From: Chiloscyllium plagiosum
Taxonomy: Eukaryota
NCBI RefSeq assembly: GCF_004010195.1
Contig: NC_057718.1
Location: 30,758,767-30,822,766 of the forward strand
Reading direction: 5' to 3'
DNA length: 64,000 nucleotides
The notes below the pieces were generated by a model. It searched no databases, was not told the DNA's origin, and saw only the letters and a list, made by a program, of their open reading frames with translations. Positions 1-11,720 of this stretch are shown here, piece after piece; position 1 is the stretch's first letter, and each line of letters starts with the position of its first letter. The position numbers were made by a program, and so were the translations under genes.

Positions 1-1
1 A

Positions 2-826
2 GAGCAGCAGACTTCTGAGGATGAAGATGAACACATTTGAACGGAAGGGACATCAACTTCTGCATAATATAGAACATTGCAGCTTCAGGCACAACAAGCC
101 ACACAGGACTTAATTGCCACCAGATTCCAACAGATGTGAGCTGTGTGCCATGATTAATTGTCCATTTTCTTTGATTGAAACTCAAAAGCTCTGTTCCCAG
201 AAGCAAATACAGCTTTTGGTTGCTTTTACCCTTTGTTTTTGCTGAATAAACGTGTATGCTTTCAACCATTTGCAAGCTATCTAGTATGTGATTCACGCAC
301 ATTGAGCAATGAGAAGATGTTATGCTTCAGTAGGCATTGGGATAGGTGTAGCAGTCCTTAGCTAAGGTTCTAAGATGGGATGATGCTAAGAACAGGTAAC
401 CTGTGTAATTTGATTCTTACAGCTGCTGCTACAGTGACTATCAATCAGACTAGTGATGCACATTTACACATGTGTATTTGTGTTTGCACTGAAATATCAG
501 CTGTGCCACCTATGTGCCCTCAGAAGCATTTACTTTTGGTTCCCCTCCCCTACGTGCAGTGAAGAGTTATTTGCAGCTGGCAGCTCTTGACCTGATGCGC
601 GGGTGGGCTTTAAGTAAGGCACTGGTGCCAGAATCCTGGGAGGTCCCAGCAGAAGGAGTACATCTGCCATTGCTGAAAGATAATGCAAGCAGGGAGCCAT
701 GGTAAGTACCTAATGAGGCATGTTGTAGTGATTAATGTCCGAAAACCCACTAGGGCCCATGAAGAGAAAGTCTCCATGAAACTCGCTGAAATGGGCACTT
801 AGCTGATTTCTGGAAAAATTCAGTCC
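2..826 (+). mobile_element. Right end of a decayed PIF/Harbinger DNA transposon: transposase C-terminus (2-139) and TIR-like end (~812-826)
   Basis: Frame 2 reads EQQTSEDEDEHI*...*...AQQATQDLIATRFQQM* (an acidic tract then an 'xxARDxLIxxRF'-like tail, typical of Harbinger transposases) with in-frame stops. GGAAAAATTCAGTCC at ~812-826 resembles the reverse complement of the GGGCAGAATTTTCC ends at 2110 and 7061. Confidence 0.5.
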
Positions 827-1137
827 ATTGACTGTGTTCCTTTACAGGCACTGTCTGGGGTGATGAGCATTCCAGCCTTTTTGTTTCTCTCCCTAAGTCT
901 TAGCTCCTGCAACTCTGTGTGTATCTTTCGGTAATTAGGATGTATCTGTGTAGGGAGAGAGGGTGCCTTTTATATTTACCAAACAGAAATTATACAGTAT
1001 GGATTCCTCAGTGGCTTGTATTAGAAAATCTGAAATATAATGACAAAATTCAATATATGCCAGACCTCCAGCAAAATATAGAGACTACATGGGTTTCCAT
1101 AAGATCATATCTCACTAATAATGTACTGGGGGGTGAT

Positions 1138-1235
1138 GAACGTGGTGGCATTGTGGTAATGTCACTCCTCTACAAATCCAGAGACCCAGATTCATGCTCT
1201 GGAGGCATAGGTTCAAATTCCAACAGAGCAGCTTT
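1138..1235 (+). mobile_element. 5' fragment of tRNA-derived SINE (family B, same as 57270-57600)
   Basis: GGTGGCATTGTGGTAATGTCACT...TCCAGAGACCCAG...GGTTCAAATTCC: A/B-box-like head matching other copies in the window. Confidence 0.6.
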
Positions 1236-1254
1236 TGACATGTTAATTAAATTA

Positions 1255-1385
1255 ATCATAGATGTCTATATATTAAAAGCATCAAGGGATATGGGGTAGT
1301 ACTGGAAATGGTGTGATCACCAGCCATGATCTCAATGAATAGTAAAGTGGATTTGAAGTGCTGAATGACCTATTCCTGCTCGTGA
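1255..1385 (+). mobile_element. Old CR1 LINE 3' end fragment
   Basis: ATCAAGGGATATGGGG...CAGCCATGATCTCAATGAAT...GCTGAATGACCTATTCCTGCTC matches the CR1 3' UTR pattern; compare 54529-54883 on the minus strand. Confidence 0.6.
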
Positions 1386-1419
1386 AAAAGAAGTGTGCAT
1401 CTGGATTATTACAAAACAT

Positions 1420-1770
1420 CTTTCCTTGATATAGCTGCTTTCACAACAAAGATAGCAAACAACTTCAAAACCAATGCAGTAGTTTTGAAATAAAATAACT
1501 ATCACAATATGGGGAAACATGACATCCAATTCGTACATTGCTAGGTCCCACAAAAATAGTGAGTAACTGGCAAGATATGCTTTCGTGTTAGTAACAAGGG
1601 AGAAAATTATCTCATCCAAACGTAAGCACTCTTAGTTGTGTAGAATCCACTCATTATTACGCTGAAGTATCAACTTACCTTTTACGCTCAAGCCTTTAAC
1701 AGAGGAATTGAATCGAAAATCTTGTAGCTAGGGGCAAAAGTGTTACCATTTGAGATAATGTTAACTAGTG
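1420..1770 (-). mobile_element. Degenerate DeuSINE (SacSINE1/AmnSINE1-like)
   Basis: TATAGC..TTTCACAA...CCAATGCAGTAGTTTTGAA...GGAAACATGACATCCAATT...GGTCCCACAAA resembles the reverse-strand Deu domain and tail; tRNA-like head near 1690-1770. Confidence 0.5.
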
Positions 1771-2109
1771 ACCTAAATTCTGATTATTCAACTGGGATTG
1801 TACATAATTGCAACAGTGATGAGCTCTTTAGTTATTAAGCTATGGCATAGTTAGGGCAAGGTTCTCAACCTATTTTCCAATACAACCCCATTTTAATACA
1901 TTTGAGAATGAACGTGACCGTAGGTTCCAAAAAAAACTATTCAAATCAGCACAGTAGCAGTCAGTCAATAAAATTTAAAGTTCACAACTGATAGATTGAC
2001 ATATAAATATAAAAATCTATAGACGAAAGGCCAGGCCTCTGGTGATTAGGTACTGCCAATTGCTACATCTGTTACTGCTTATGAAGCCTGTGACTTACGC
2101 ATATTGATG

Positions 2110-3400
2110 GGGCAGAATTTTCCCATCCCCTGAATGGCATGGGCAATAGTGAGAAATATTGGAGAATACAGCAAGAATGGAAAAATTTGATTCTTATTGT
2201 CAAGTTAAAATCACTCTTCTCCATAAGTTCTCAACAGCTTGATGAGAATCTCATTACCAAGCGGCGAGCACTTTTATCTCAATGCATTTGAGAACCTACT
2301 GTAGTGGAAGTCTAAGTTGATGGAGGATGCAAGGGAAAGCCTTACTAGTTATTTCTCTGAGAGAGTTATGGCTTTTTCCTGCAGAGCAGGTGAGGAGCTG
2401 CCCTCTTTGTGTGGGAGCCTTTTGGCTGTTGCATAAGAAGAGGCATTTAGTTGTGCAACAGGGGCAAAAGCTTGAGAATGTTAAGAGTATGTTCACAGTG
2501 TTACTAATGGGAAAACAGCATAGCACAGCACACAGAAGCTACTTGGTTGCTTTGACAGGAAGGTCTCAGTATCCCCATGAATGGTCTTGAGGTTCTCCAG
2601 CCAGTTCAAAGATCTTCTCATATAGGCAACATGAATTTTGACCACCCTGCCTCTCATCTTTGCTCTTTCTGCTCTGTTGTGCAACATTTTCTCTTGCAGT
2701 GAGATAAAAGGTGAAAGTAGGTGGGTTAAAACTGGATGTTAGTGTTATGTAGGAGCAGGAGAGGTCTTCCCAGTGAGTGTGTAGGAAGTGCAGGGGCCAG
2801 AAAGTGGTAATAGTTTGTGATGCGGTGGATAGTAGTTATTGAGTGAAGATGTTGTGTCAAATGGTGAGCATGGTAGACCATTAGTTTTGGTGGAAGGTGT
2901 GTACAATAGTAGAAATGGGCTGAGTGTTTGTAGCCTCATGGAGTGGAGGAGGTCAATGACTTTCATTTGATATTACTAGGTGTTACTTCTCAATCTGGAA
3001 AGAGCATTGATGCTGGTGGCTATCTCTATCCAGTCTGGTGGCATGTGGTCCCCTTTGGCAGTATTATGCTCTTCTCTTCACTACTACATCCACTGAGAAC
3101 TCCATTTCCCTGTTGGTGAAGAGGGGTGCTAGCTTCCCTTTCTGGGCCATGTTCTTGGAAAAAATGGTGCAGTATGAGTAGCAGTTCCTGATTTACAGCA
3201 TTTTAACTGCTGTGCAGCTAAGAGTTTAACTATGACACACACCGTGTGAGTGTCAGAGGCTCTGGTAGAGTGAACACCATTGCATGCACAGTGTCTTGTG
3301 GAGCCTGGATGCAGAATGAATGAGGTGAGCTGTTGAAGATTGCATGAAAAAGTAATCATAGGCCAAAGCAGGATATGACAGTGAAACATTGATGTCCAAG
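2110..3400 (-). mobile_element. Fossil PIF/Harbinger element with Myb/SANT-like (trihelix) gene remnants
   Basis: TIR-like GGGCAGAATTTTCC at 2110. Minus strand from ATG at 3150: MAQKGKLAPLFTNREMEFSVDVVVKRRA*..., (frameshift) PDWIEIATSINALSRLRSNT**YQMKVIDLLHSMR. A second exon (~2693-2590) reads EKMLHNRAERAKMRGRVVKI. Confidence 0.65.
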
Positions 3401-4681
3401 TTTGGATATTGTACTAATGATGTCTTTTAGGATTTGGCATTACTGTGTGGCTGATAATTTATACTCAACCAATGACAACTATTGGTGAAATGCACTTATG
3501 TTGGATCAACTGTGTAGGACACTAAACAGTCCTTTCTGTTAACATTTATTTAAGTATTGAATAAAGTATTGGAGAAATATAACAAGAAAATTGGAATATT
3601 TCTAAAATTTGAAAAATGGATATCTGAAATAAAAACAGAAGATGTCAATTATCTTCATCAGGTCTGACAGCATCTGGGAAGAATGCAATATCTAACATCA
3701 GAAAAATTCTGTAAAACTTATTCCTTGAAGTATTGCAAAACAATTAAACAGATTTTCATCTTTCTATTGAAAACAATTTCAGATAAATTGCTCATTTCAA
3801 TCTGAAGTAAACCCAACATCAAAATTGAATTGTATTCAACGATGTTATGAAAGACTTTTTGGTTAGAACAAATAACTGTAAGAAGGTGGTTTGAGACTTA
3901 GTCTCGTGTTATTGTCCTTACATTTAGATTATTACACAGTAACAGTGGCATACTTCCACTACTGTACAAACAGACAAGTGGACTTTATTCTGCAGGTCCA
4001 GCAGTGGGCTGGTGAAAAAATATTATCATTGGGCAGAATTTCCTTTCTCTGACCCCTTAATAGTGACAGGGTACAGGCATTGTACAATGCTGCTAATGGA
4101 TTAATTACATCCACTAACTCCATTTCCACTCTGCTAAATCCTGCCAGGATCACTAATTGCACCATTAGTGCTATTTAGTGCAAACATAACAGGATTCAAA
4201 TTCTGAGAAATTATTTCAACCAATGGCAATTTTTTATCAGAAATTATTATTGAGACACCTAGGGTGAAGGGTCATGGTCGAAAGCACCATGCACCATGAA
4301 GGTTGAAAAGACAAAGGAAGGTGAATTAATATGCAGTAATTTAGATTATACCAAACTTTGGCTTCAAAATTCTGTAAATTGTAGGAGAAAGAGCGAGTCT
4401 GAGGGCAGAATGAATTTAAGTGGGATATATTGATTTGAACTTTGAGGGAAATCCAGCAAGGCAACAATCGAGAAGGAGATTCTTTATTGAAGTGAGCATT
4501 TTTTAGGCAATTAGACTTGTGGGTATAGCTCTTTATCAAACTTACATTGAAGTCTCAACAGTCTTGCTCCATTGGCCTCTGAATTCAACAGAATTTAGGG
4601 ATCAATTCAGATGTGTTTGGTGGCATATTTTTAAACATCAATCAATATCAGGAATACAGAGATTGCCAATTGAAATCAATA

Positions 4682-4780
4682 TCTGGAGTAGTGGTGCTGG
4701 AAGAGCACAGCAGTTCAGGCAGCATCCGAGGAGCAGTAAAATCGACGTGTCGGGCAAAAGCCCTTCATCAGTTTTTACCT
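4682..4780 (-). mobile_element. Short Penelope-like terminal fragment with degenerate hammerhead ribozyme motif
   Basis: Minus strand reads CTGATGA-AGGGC-TTTT-GCCC-GACA-CGTC. Flanked by the 14-bp direct repeat AATTGAAATCAATA (4668-4681 and 4781-4794). Confidence 0.65.
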
Positions 4781-4867
4781 AATTGAAATCAATAATCTAA
4801 TTATTACAAACCTTGAAATGCAACCAAGTAATTCTTATCAGACTAGTAATTTATCATAGTCTGAGTT

Positions 4868-6980
4868 CATCGAATATAGAACATAGAACAGTACAGCACA
4901 GTACAGGTCCTTTGGTCCACCATGTTGTGCCGAGCATTTATCTTAATCTAAGATCAACCTAACTGAAACACCCCTCAATTTACTGCCATCCATGTGCTTG
5001 TTCAGCAGTCGCTTAAATGTCCTAATGTCTCTGACTCTACCACCACTGCTGGCAGTGCATTCCATGCACCCACCACTCTCTGTGTAAAGAAGCTACCTGT
5101 GACATCTCCCTTCTACCTTCCTCCAATCACCTTAAAATTATGATCCCTTGTGACAGCCATTTCTGCCCTGGGGAAATGTTTCTGGCTATCTACACTATCT
5201 ATGCCTCTCATTACCTTGTTCACCTCTATCAAGTCACCTCTCTTTCTTTTTCTCTCCAGTGTGAAAAACTCTAGCTAACTCAACCTCTCTTCATAAGACA
5301 TGTCCTTGAACCCAGGCAGAATCCCGATAAATCTCTTCTGCACCATCTCTAGAGCATCTTTATCCTTCCTATAATGTGGTGACCAGGAGTGTACACAATA
5401 TTCCAAGTTTGGTCTAACCAGGGTTTTATAGAGCTGCAGCAAAACCTCCCAGCTCTTAAACTCAATCCCTCTGTTAAAGAAAGCCGAAACACCATATACC
5501 TTCTTAACAACCCTATCAACTTGGGTGGCACCTTTGAGGGATCTATGTACATGAACCACAAGACCCTGCTCTTCCTCCACACTGCCAAGAATCTAGTCTT
5601 TAACCCAGTTTTCAGCAAATTCCACCCTCCAAAATGAATCACTTCGCATTTATTCAGGTTGAACTCCATCTGCTACTTATCAGCCCAGCTCTGCATCCTG
5701 TCAATGTCTTGTAGCCTGCAACAGCCCTTGACACTATCAACAATACCACCGACCAAACTTACTAACCCACCTTTCCACTTCTTCATCCAAGTCATTTATG
5801 AAAACTACAAAGAGCAGGAACCCAAGAACAGATCCTGCTGGACACCAATGGTCACCAGCCTCCAGACAGAATACTTTCCATCCATTACCACTCGCTGAGT
5901 TCTTTCAGCCAGCCAATTCTGTATCCAGACAGTCAAATTTCCCGGTATCCCAAACCTCCTAACTTTCTGAATAAGTCCAGTCTGGGGAACCTTATCAAAT
6001 GCCTTACTGAAATCCATATACACCACACCCACTGCTTGACCTTCATCAACTTGTCTCGTCACATCCTCAAAGAACACAATAAAGTTTGTGAGGCATGGCC
6101 TCCCCCTCACAAAGCCATGCTGACTATCTTTAGTCAACAATGTTTTTTTCCAAATAGTCATAAATCCTATCTCTCAGAATCCTTTCCAGTGCCTTGCTTA
6201 CCACAGACATAAGACTGACTGGTCTGTAATTCCCAAGGATTTCCCTATTCCCTTTCTTGAACAGAGGAACAACATTCACCTCCCTCCAATCATCCAGTAC
6301 TACTCCCATAAAGAGTGAGGATGCAAACATCATCACCAGAGGCGCAGCGATCTCATTCCTCTTTTCCTGTAGTAACCTTGGATATATCTGAACCAGCCCT
6401 GGGGACTTACCTATCTTGATGCTTCCCAGAATTTCCAGCACATCGACTTCCTTAATATCAGTCTGTTCAATCCTATTAACATGGTCCCTGATGTTCTCAC
6501 TATCAACAAGGTCCCTCTCTCTAGTGAATCTGAAGCAAAAAACTCATTTAGGGCCTCCCCTACCTCTTCAGATTCCAGGCACAAGGTCCCTCCACTATCC
6601 CTGATCGGCCCTACCCTTTCTCTGATCTTTCTCTTATTCCTCGTGTAAGTGTAGAACACCTTTGGGTTTCTTTAATCCTTCCTGCCAAGACTTTTTTTGC
6701 CCCCTCCGAGCTGTCCTCAGTCCATTTTTGAGTTATTTCCTAGCTACCCTGTAATCCTCTTACGCTGTGCCAGATCCTTGCTTCCTCAACACTAAGTCAG
6801 CTTCCTTCTTCCTCTTGACAAGAAGTTCCTCTTCTCTTGTCATCTAAGACTCCTTTACCTTACCACTATCTGTCTCAGTGGGACAAAGTTATCCAACACT
6901 CGCAACAAGTCCTCCTTAAACAGCCTCCACATTTCTGTTGTACATTTTTCCCGTAGAACAATTGTTCCCAATTCATACTC
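4868..6980 (-). mobile_element. 5'-truncated CR1 LINE (ORF2 RT region and 3' UTR), pseudogenised
   Basis: Peptides KSPG..QIYPRLL, NYRPVSL, QHGFVRGRPCLTN, YMDFSKAFDKV, LYKTLVRPNLEYCV; (CATAGAA)n-type tail at ~4868-4890; frameshifts; FADD motif deleted near 5750. Confidence 0.95.
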
Positions 6981-7060
6981 ATCTGTTGACTGTAACAGTA
7001 CTTCAGTCACTAGGAGGGGCAATTCTGATTAAAGTGGCAGCTGTATAGTAATAGACTTCA

Positions 7061-8600
7061 GTCTGAATTTTCCAAGCCCCTGAATGATGTGAGCAATGGT
7101 TGATCAGTTGGGAAATAAGGTGATTTTGGAAAACTAAGGTTCTCAATGTTGAGGATAAAGAAACCTAATCTTATATTCAAGGTTTGAATAGTGAGATGAG
7201 TATCTCCTTAGTGATGATGAGAGGCCTATCTGCATGTGTTTATATCTCATTAGTACCTAATCTCACCTCATTTATATGCAATTTCCTGTTCTCCCACACA
7301 TCCGAGAAAAACTAGGCAGGGATGTGAAAGAGCAGGTACCTGATGGTTCCAGCTTGCTGCTTGCTCCTCCAGGCCTGCAGCATGGACTGCAGTGAGTAAC
7401 AGCTCAGAGTATGCCAGATAGGCAGTGACTACTTGCGCACCCCAGTGCACAGAGTGTGGCGTCAGACACCATCAGCCTCACTACACCATCATTAGTTGGA
7501 ATAAAGTCCTCCACTCTAATGCTGCACCATGGCATGCACTAACCCCTTTCATTGTAATGCTGTTGTCAAGACATTTTGGTTGCAGGGACAGGCAACCCAA
7601 CTCATGCATCAGACCAAGGTGCACGTTAGGGCTCTTAGCTTGCTCTTTAGTGATCATTCATTTAGTGCTTACTTGGATATTCACATCATATCTGCCTTAC
7701 CTTGTCTTGCCTTTTGCACTTTGCCACCTTATTCAGAGCTTAAAGGCTCACAGTACTACAGGCACTTTATCATGGTTGTTAGCAGTGCTAAGTCAAACAC
7801 ATTGGTGTATGGCATCATTCTAGGTCAATGCCAACCTTACAGCAAATGGCAACATGTTATCCAGCAAATATATTGCATGTGTTTCAACTAAGTGGCTATG
7901 TCTCAAAGTCTAAGGGGAGTAGTGTTCAGTTAAGTTAAAAGGGACTGATGTTACTCCGGGGCAGCATCCAATCTCAGTCCAGGGACTTGGAAATGATCAG
8001 TTGACTATTTAAGATAGTGAGGGTCAGGGATTCCATATCTCAGCAGTCCAGCAAGTTGACATGGTCTGATTCAGGGTTATACAATCTGGGAGCTGCACAA
8101 AGATCAGCCAGAGGTGTGGTCACTTAACAGGCAGGTCAGGCAGTGTGAGTCATAGTCAGTCCTATGAGTATGCTCACTGAGAGTCAAGGGAGTTTTGGAG
8201 CCACTGATATTGTAGGGAATTTGAGAATGTCAATTCGGGATTGGAGACAGCATGCTAGAATACAGAGCAGCCATTAATTCTGTGGAAAGACTGCTCAGTG
8301 TATATCTGTGGGAGATGATGGTGTATTGAAAGGCTATGGGAAAGAGGATGTCATCAATGGTCACCATCATGCTGCCTCCAGGGGCACATTGCAGCATAAT
8401 CGTTGGCATTGCTAAGCTTTAAAGGCAGATCTCTGTGGGCAATGTGAAGAAATGAAGATGTGAATGTAAGAGTTGCATGGGAACATATGGGAGTTCAGAA
8501 CTGATAGTGTTGACAGAGAGTGTGGGGAAAGTTGGAAAGGTTGCCTAGGTAGCCATCTGAGAAGGTGACTCACTCTGCTAAGCCTTCCAGATTCACTAAT
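7061..8600. mobile_element. Second decayed Harbinger-like element (left end homologous to 2110-2290); right limit uncertain
   Basis: GTCTGAATTTTCCAAGCCCCTGAATGATGTGAGCAATGGT aligns with GGCAGAATTTTCCCATCCCCTGAATGGCATGGGCAATAGT at 2111; similarity continues for about 200 bp. Confidence 0.45.
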
Positions 8601-8644
8601 GCTTTTGGGATGGTTCAAACAAGTTTATCAGAGTAAACTAAATT

Positions 8645-8812
8645 ACAGAATTGTTACAGTGCAGAAGGAAGCCATTCAGCAAATCATTGCCTGCACCAGT
8701 TCTATACCTAGTGCCAATCTCCTACCTTTTTCCCATATACCTGCACAAATATTTCTACCCACATAATCATTCAGTGCTCTCTTGAATGCCTTATTATACC
8801 TGCCTCCATCAA
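8645..8812 (-). mobile_element. CR1 3' end fragment
   Basis: ACAGTGCAGAAGGAAGCCATTCAGC...CCCATATACCTG...CTCTTGAATGCC...CCTGCCTCCA is the reverse complement of a CR1 3' UTR. Confidence 0.6.
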
Positions 8813-8899
8813 TCCAAATTGGAAGGAAGTGCAGTTGTTACCAAAAACTCCAAAGATGCTAGGGGCCACGCAGATAGGAAACCAAGGCTGCTTGAAAAG

Positions 8900-10290
8900 C
8901 AGTATGACGTCAAAAAGACAAAGTTAGGGGCATTCCAGCATCCCAATGAGGTAGATGATTTAAAGGCACAAATACATGCATGGGTATGATCTAATTTCCA
9001 TTACAGAAACATGGTTTCATGACAATCAGGACTGGGATTTGAATGTTCAAGAATGTTCGATGTCTGACAAGGACAAACAAGAAGGAAAAAGAGGTGGAGT
9101 TGTGGTGATAATAAGGGATGGGATCAGTACATTCACAAGTGAGAATCTGAGATTGGAAAAACAATGTGTGGAAATTGTTTATGGGGAGCTCAGGAACAGT
9201 TGGTTGCAGCAGACATTGGTTGGAGTTATAGGCCATCAAATCATAGTGGTAATGTGGGGCATGGCATTAATCAGGAGATGAGAAAAGCTTGTAGCATGAA
9301 CAGCACAATTATCATGAATTACTTCAATCTGCAGATAGACTGGGCAAGCCAATTGAGCAAAGCTCTCGAGGACAAGTTTCTGGAGTGTATAAGGAGTGGT
9401 GTTCTGTAGTAGCATGCTGAGGATCCAACTAAACGACATGCTATTTTAGACCTAGTATTACATAATGAAAAAGGACTGATTAGCAATCTTGTAAAAGTAT
9501 CTTTGGGATGAGTGACCATAATGTGATAGAATTTTGCATTATATTTGCAAATGAGGTACTTCAATCTGAAGCAAGTGTGCTAAATTTGAATAAGGAAAAT
9601 TATGAAAGCATGAATCACAAATTAGCTGAGGTGATGGGGAAATATATTAGAAGACATGACTATACATAAACAGTAGGGTTTGGAGGGATATGGGCTGGGT
9701 GCTGGCAGGTGGGACTAGATTGGGTTGGGATGTCTGGTCGGCATGGACGGGTTGGACCGAACGGTCTGTTTTCATGCTGTACATCTCTATGACCATGACT
9801 CTATGACGTGGCTTACAACAACTGGACATTATTTCAAGATGCAAAACTCAAATAAATTGTCAGTCAATTATGTCTAACAAATTGAGTTCTGGATTGGGTA
9901 ACATTAAAAGAAAAGGCTATTAAAGTTACCAGAAAGAGCAGTAAATCCGAGAGTTGAGAAGTTTTTAGAACACAGCAAAGGGGGAACAACCACCTAATAA
10001 GAAAAGGAAGAATAGAATAAAAATGCATTCTAGAAAGAAAACACAAAAATAGCCTGTAAAAGTTTCTCTTTGGTGCATGGAAAGGAAATATTTGGTTAAA
10101 ACAAACATTGATCAATTACAGGGACAGTCAGAAGAATTTATAATTGAGAATAGAGAGAATTTAAATGGTTGCTTTGTGCATATATTTTCACTCAGGAAAA
10201 TCCAGGCAATGTCCCAGAATTAGATATCCAAGAGTGAATAAGGAGTTGAAGGAAATTAATATTAGTAAGAAGACTGTAATGGAAGGAAGA
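8900..10290 (+). mobile_element. Old CR1 LINE, ORF2 endonuclease region, with a nested CR1 tail
   Basis: GYDLISITETW, KRGGVVVIIRDGI, YRPSN, YFNLQIDW, and a downstream ILDLVL motif: APE-type endonuclease motifs with stops and frameshifts. Confidence 0.85.
9662..9807 (+). mobile_element. Short HER1-type CR1 3' end inserted in the older CR1
   Basis: GGTTTGGAGGGATATGGGCTGGGTGCTGGCAGGTGGGACTAGATTGGG...CTCTATGAC tail, near identical to the 3' ends at ~25180-25290 and ~29800-29948. Confidence 0.85.
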
Positions 10291-10708
10291 CCTGAACTGT
10301 TCTTCACCTGGCCAAGCTTGTCCTCACTTTGAATAACTTCCCCTGTAACTTGCTTCAGATCAAAGGTGTGGCTTTGGGTACCTGCATGGGCCCCAGTTAT
10401 GCCTGTTGCTTTGTGGGGTTTTTGGAAGCTTTGTTCCAAACCTACTCTGGTCTCCACCCACAACTCTTTCTTCTTTACCTTGATGACATCATCAGTTCTT
10501 CTCTCCTCTGGAATTGCAAAAATTTAACTTCAAATTTCCACCTGCTCTTCCCTTCACCTGGTCCACCACTGACTCCTCCCTTCTCTTCCTCAACATCTCC
10601 GTTTCCATTTCTGGAGGTAAGCTGACATCGATATCTACTACAAACCCACCGAATCCCAAAGTTACCTGGTTAGACATCCTCACATCCCGCTTCAAGTAAG
10701 GACTCCAA
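10290..10708 (+). mobile_element. Penelope-like element reverse transcriptase fragment
   Basis: LVLTLNNF..LLQIKGVALGTCMGPSYAC...FLLYLDDII and PALPFTWS...FLNISVSI match PLE RT motifs (GxAMG, YxDD); frameshifted. Confidence 0.85.
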
Positions 10709-11329
10709 GGGACAGGACTTCACCAATCTTTGGTTTTATTTGGTAAAAATTTCTAACATGCCAAAAATGTCATTATTTTTAATTGGTTTAACAATTTGCT
10801 TCCACTCATTTCTGAGCTTCTCTCCTCACTGAAGTGGGTTTTATTCATGTCTTCACCTATACAGTGAATTCCAACATGCTATTTGTCTTGGGACATCATG
10901 AATGAACCTGAGTTCAGGGCCTGTTCTCACATGATAGTATCTCACATACTTTCCCTTGCCTAATAGTTTTAAACTGCATGCATATTAGTTCTGTTTAATT
11001 CAAGCTCTAGGAAACTGGATAGATCTGGAAATTTCAAACTAGGCTGAGTAAACTAGATCCATTTGGAATCTGGACAATAGATGCTAATCATTGATAACCC
11101 AGGTTAAAATAATGTCAATGTAAGTGCAGCTTTAGACTGTATGCTTGAGCAAGTGTATATGGGAGAAGGAAATTACTGTTTCATTTGATTCACTGATGTC
11201 ATGATTAATTAAATGACAGTCACCATTTTGCAAGAAATTGCTTTGAGAATGGAATTGAAGGTTGCTTGCTGGGTGTGGAGAAGGATTTTCGACTAAAGCA
11301 TTGATGTCTTTTATTTGTAACTCAGGGCC

Positions 11330-11720
11330 AGCAGAGGATTGTAAGTAAGCCTCAGTAATACATTGCTGGGCTTGTTTTTCCTGTGTTTTCCATTATGTAA
11401 GTAGTTTTTCTCACACCCAGCAGGTGTTCAATTCAATTAAATAGGATAGGGTCTGCTCCTGGATTAGGCAGCCATCGGCGAGCACAGTCATAGCTACTAC
11501 TGGAAGCAGAATGTTACCAAAAATAAGTGCAGGAAACAGAACCTTTCACTGGATTAAGCAGCCACCCTAGGACTTATTAAAAGTCATCTCGTGACTGGCT
11601 TAAAGCACGAAATTTCCGTGCAGGAGCTGTCTCCTGGGTTCAATGGCTTCCTTCCTTAAACAATCAGTTTATTTCAGTCCTGAAGGTGACTACATAATAG
11701 CAGCGGATTCACTGTTGTAA
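11330..11720. promoter_or_regulatory. Candidate enhancer with clustered K50-homeodomain (OTX/CRX/PITX) sites
   Basis: TAAGCC 11346, GGATTA 11461 and 11551 (within a repeated CTGGATTARGCAGCCA), GGCTTA 11597, E-box CAGGTG 11421; non-repetitive context. Confidence 0.35.

Noticed and set aside
919..1299. 126-aa ORF
   Set aside because: Runs through SINE and CR1 fragments; no recognisable domain.
1857..1920. hAT/Charlie-like MITE end (CAAGGTTCTCAACC...ACCCC)
   Set aside because: No matching opposite TIR or 8-bp TSD found; too short to support.
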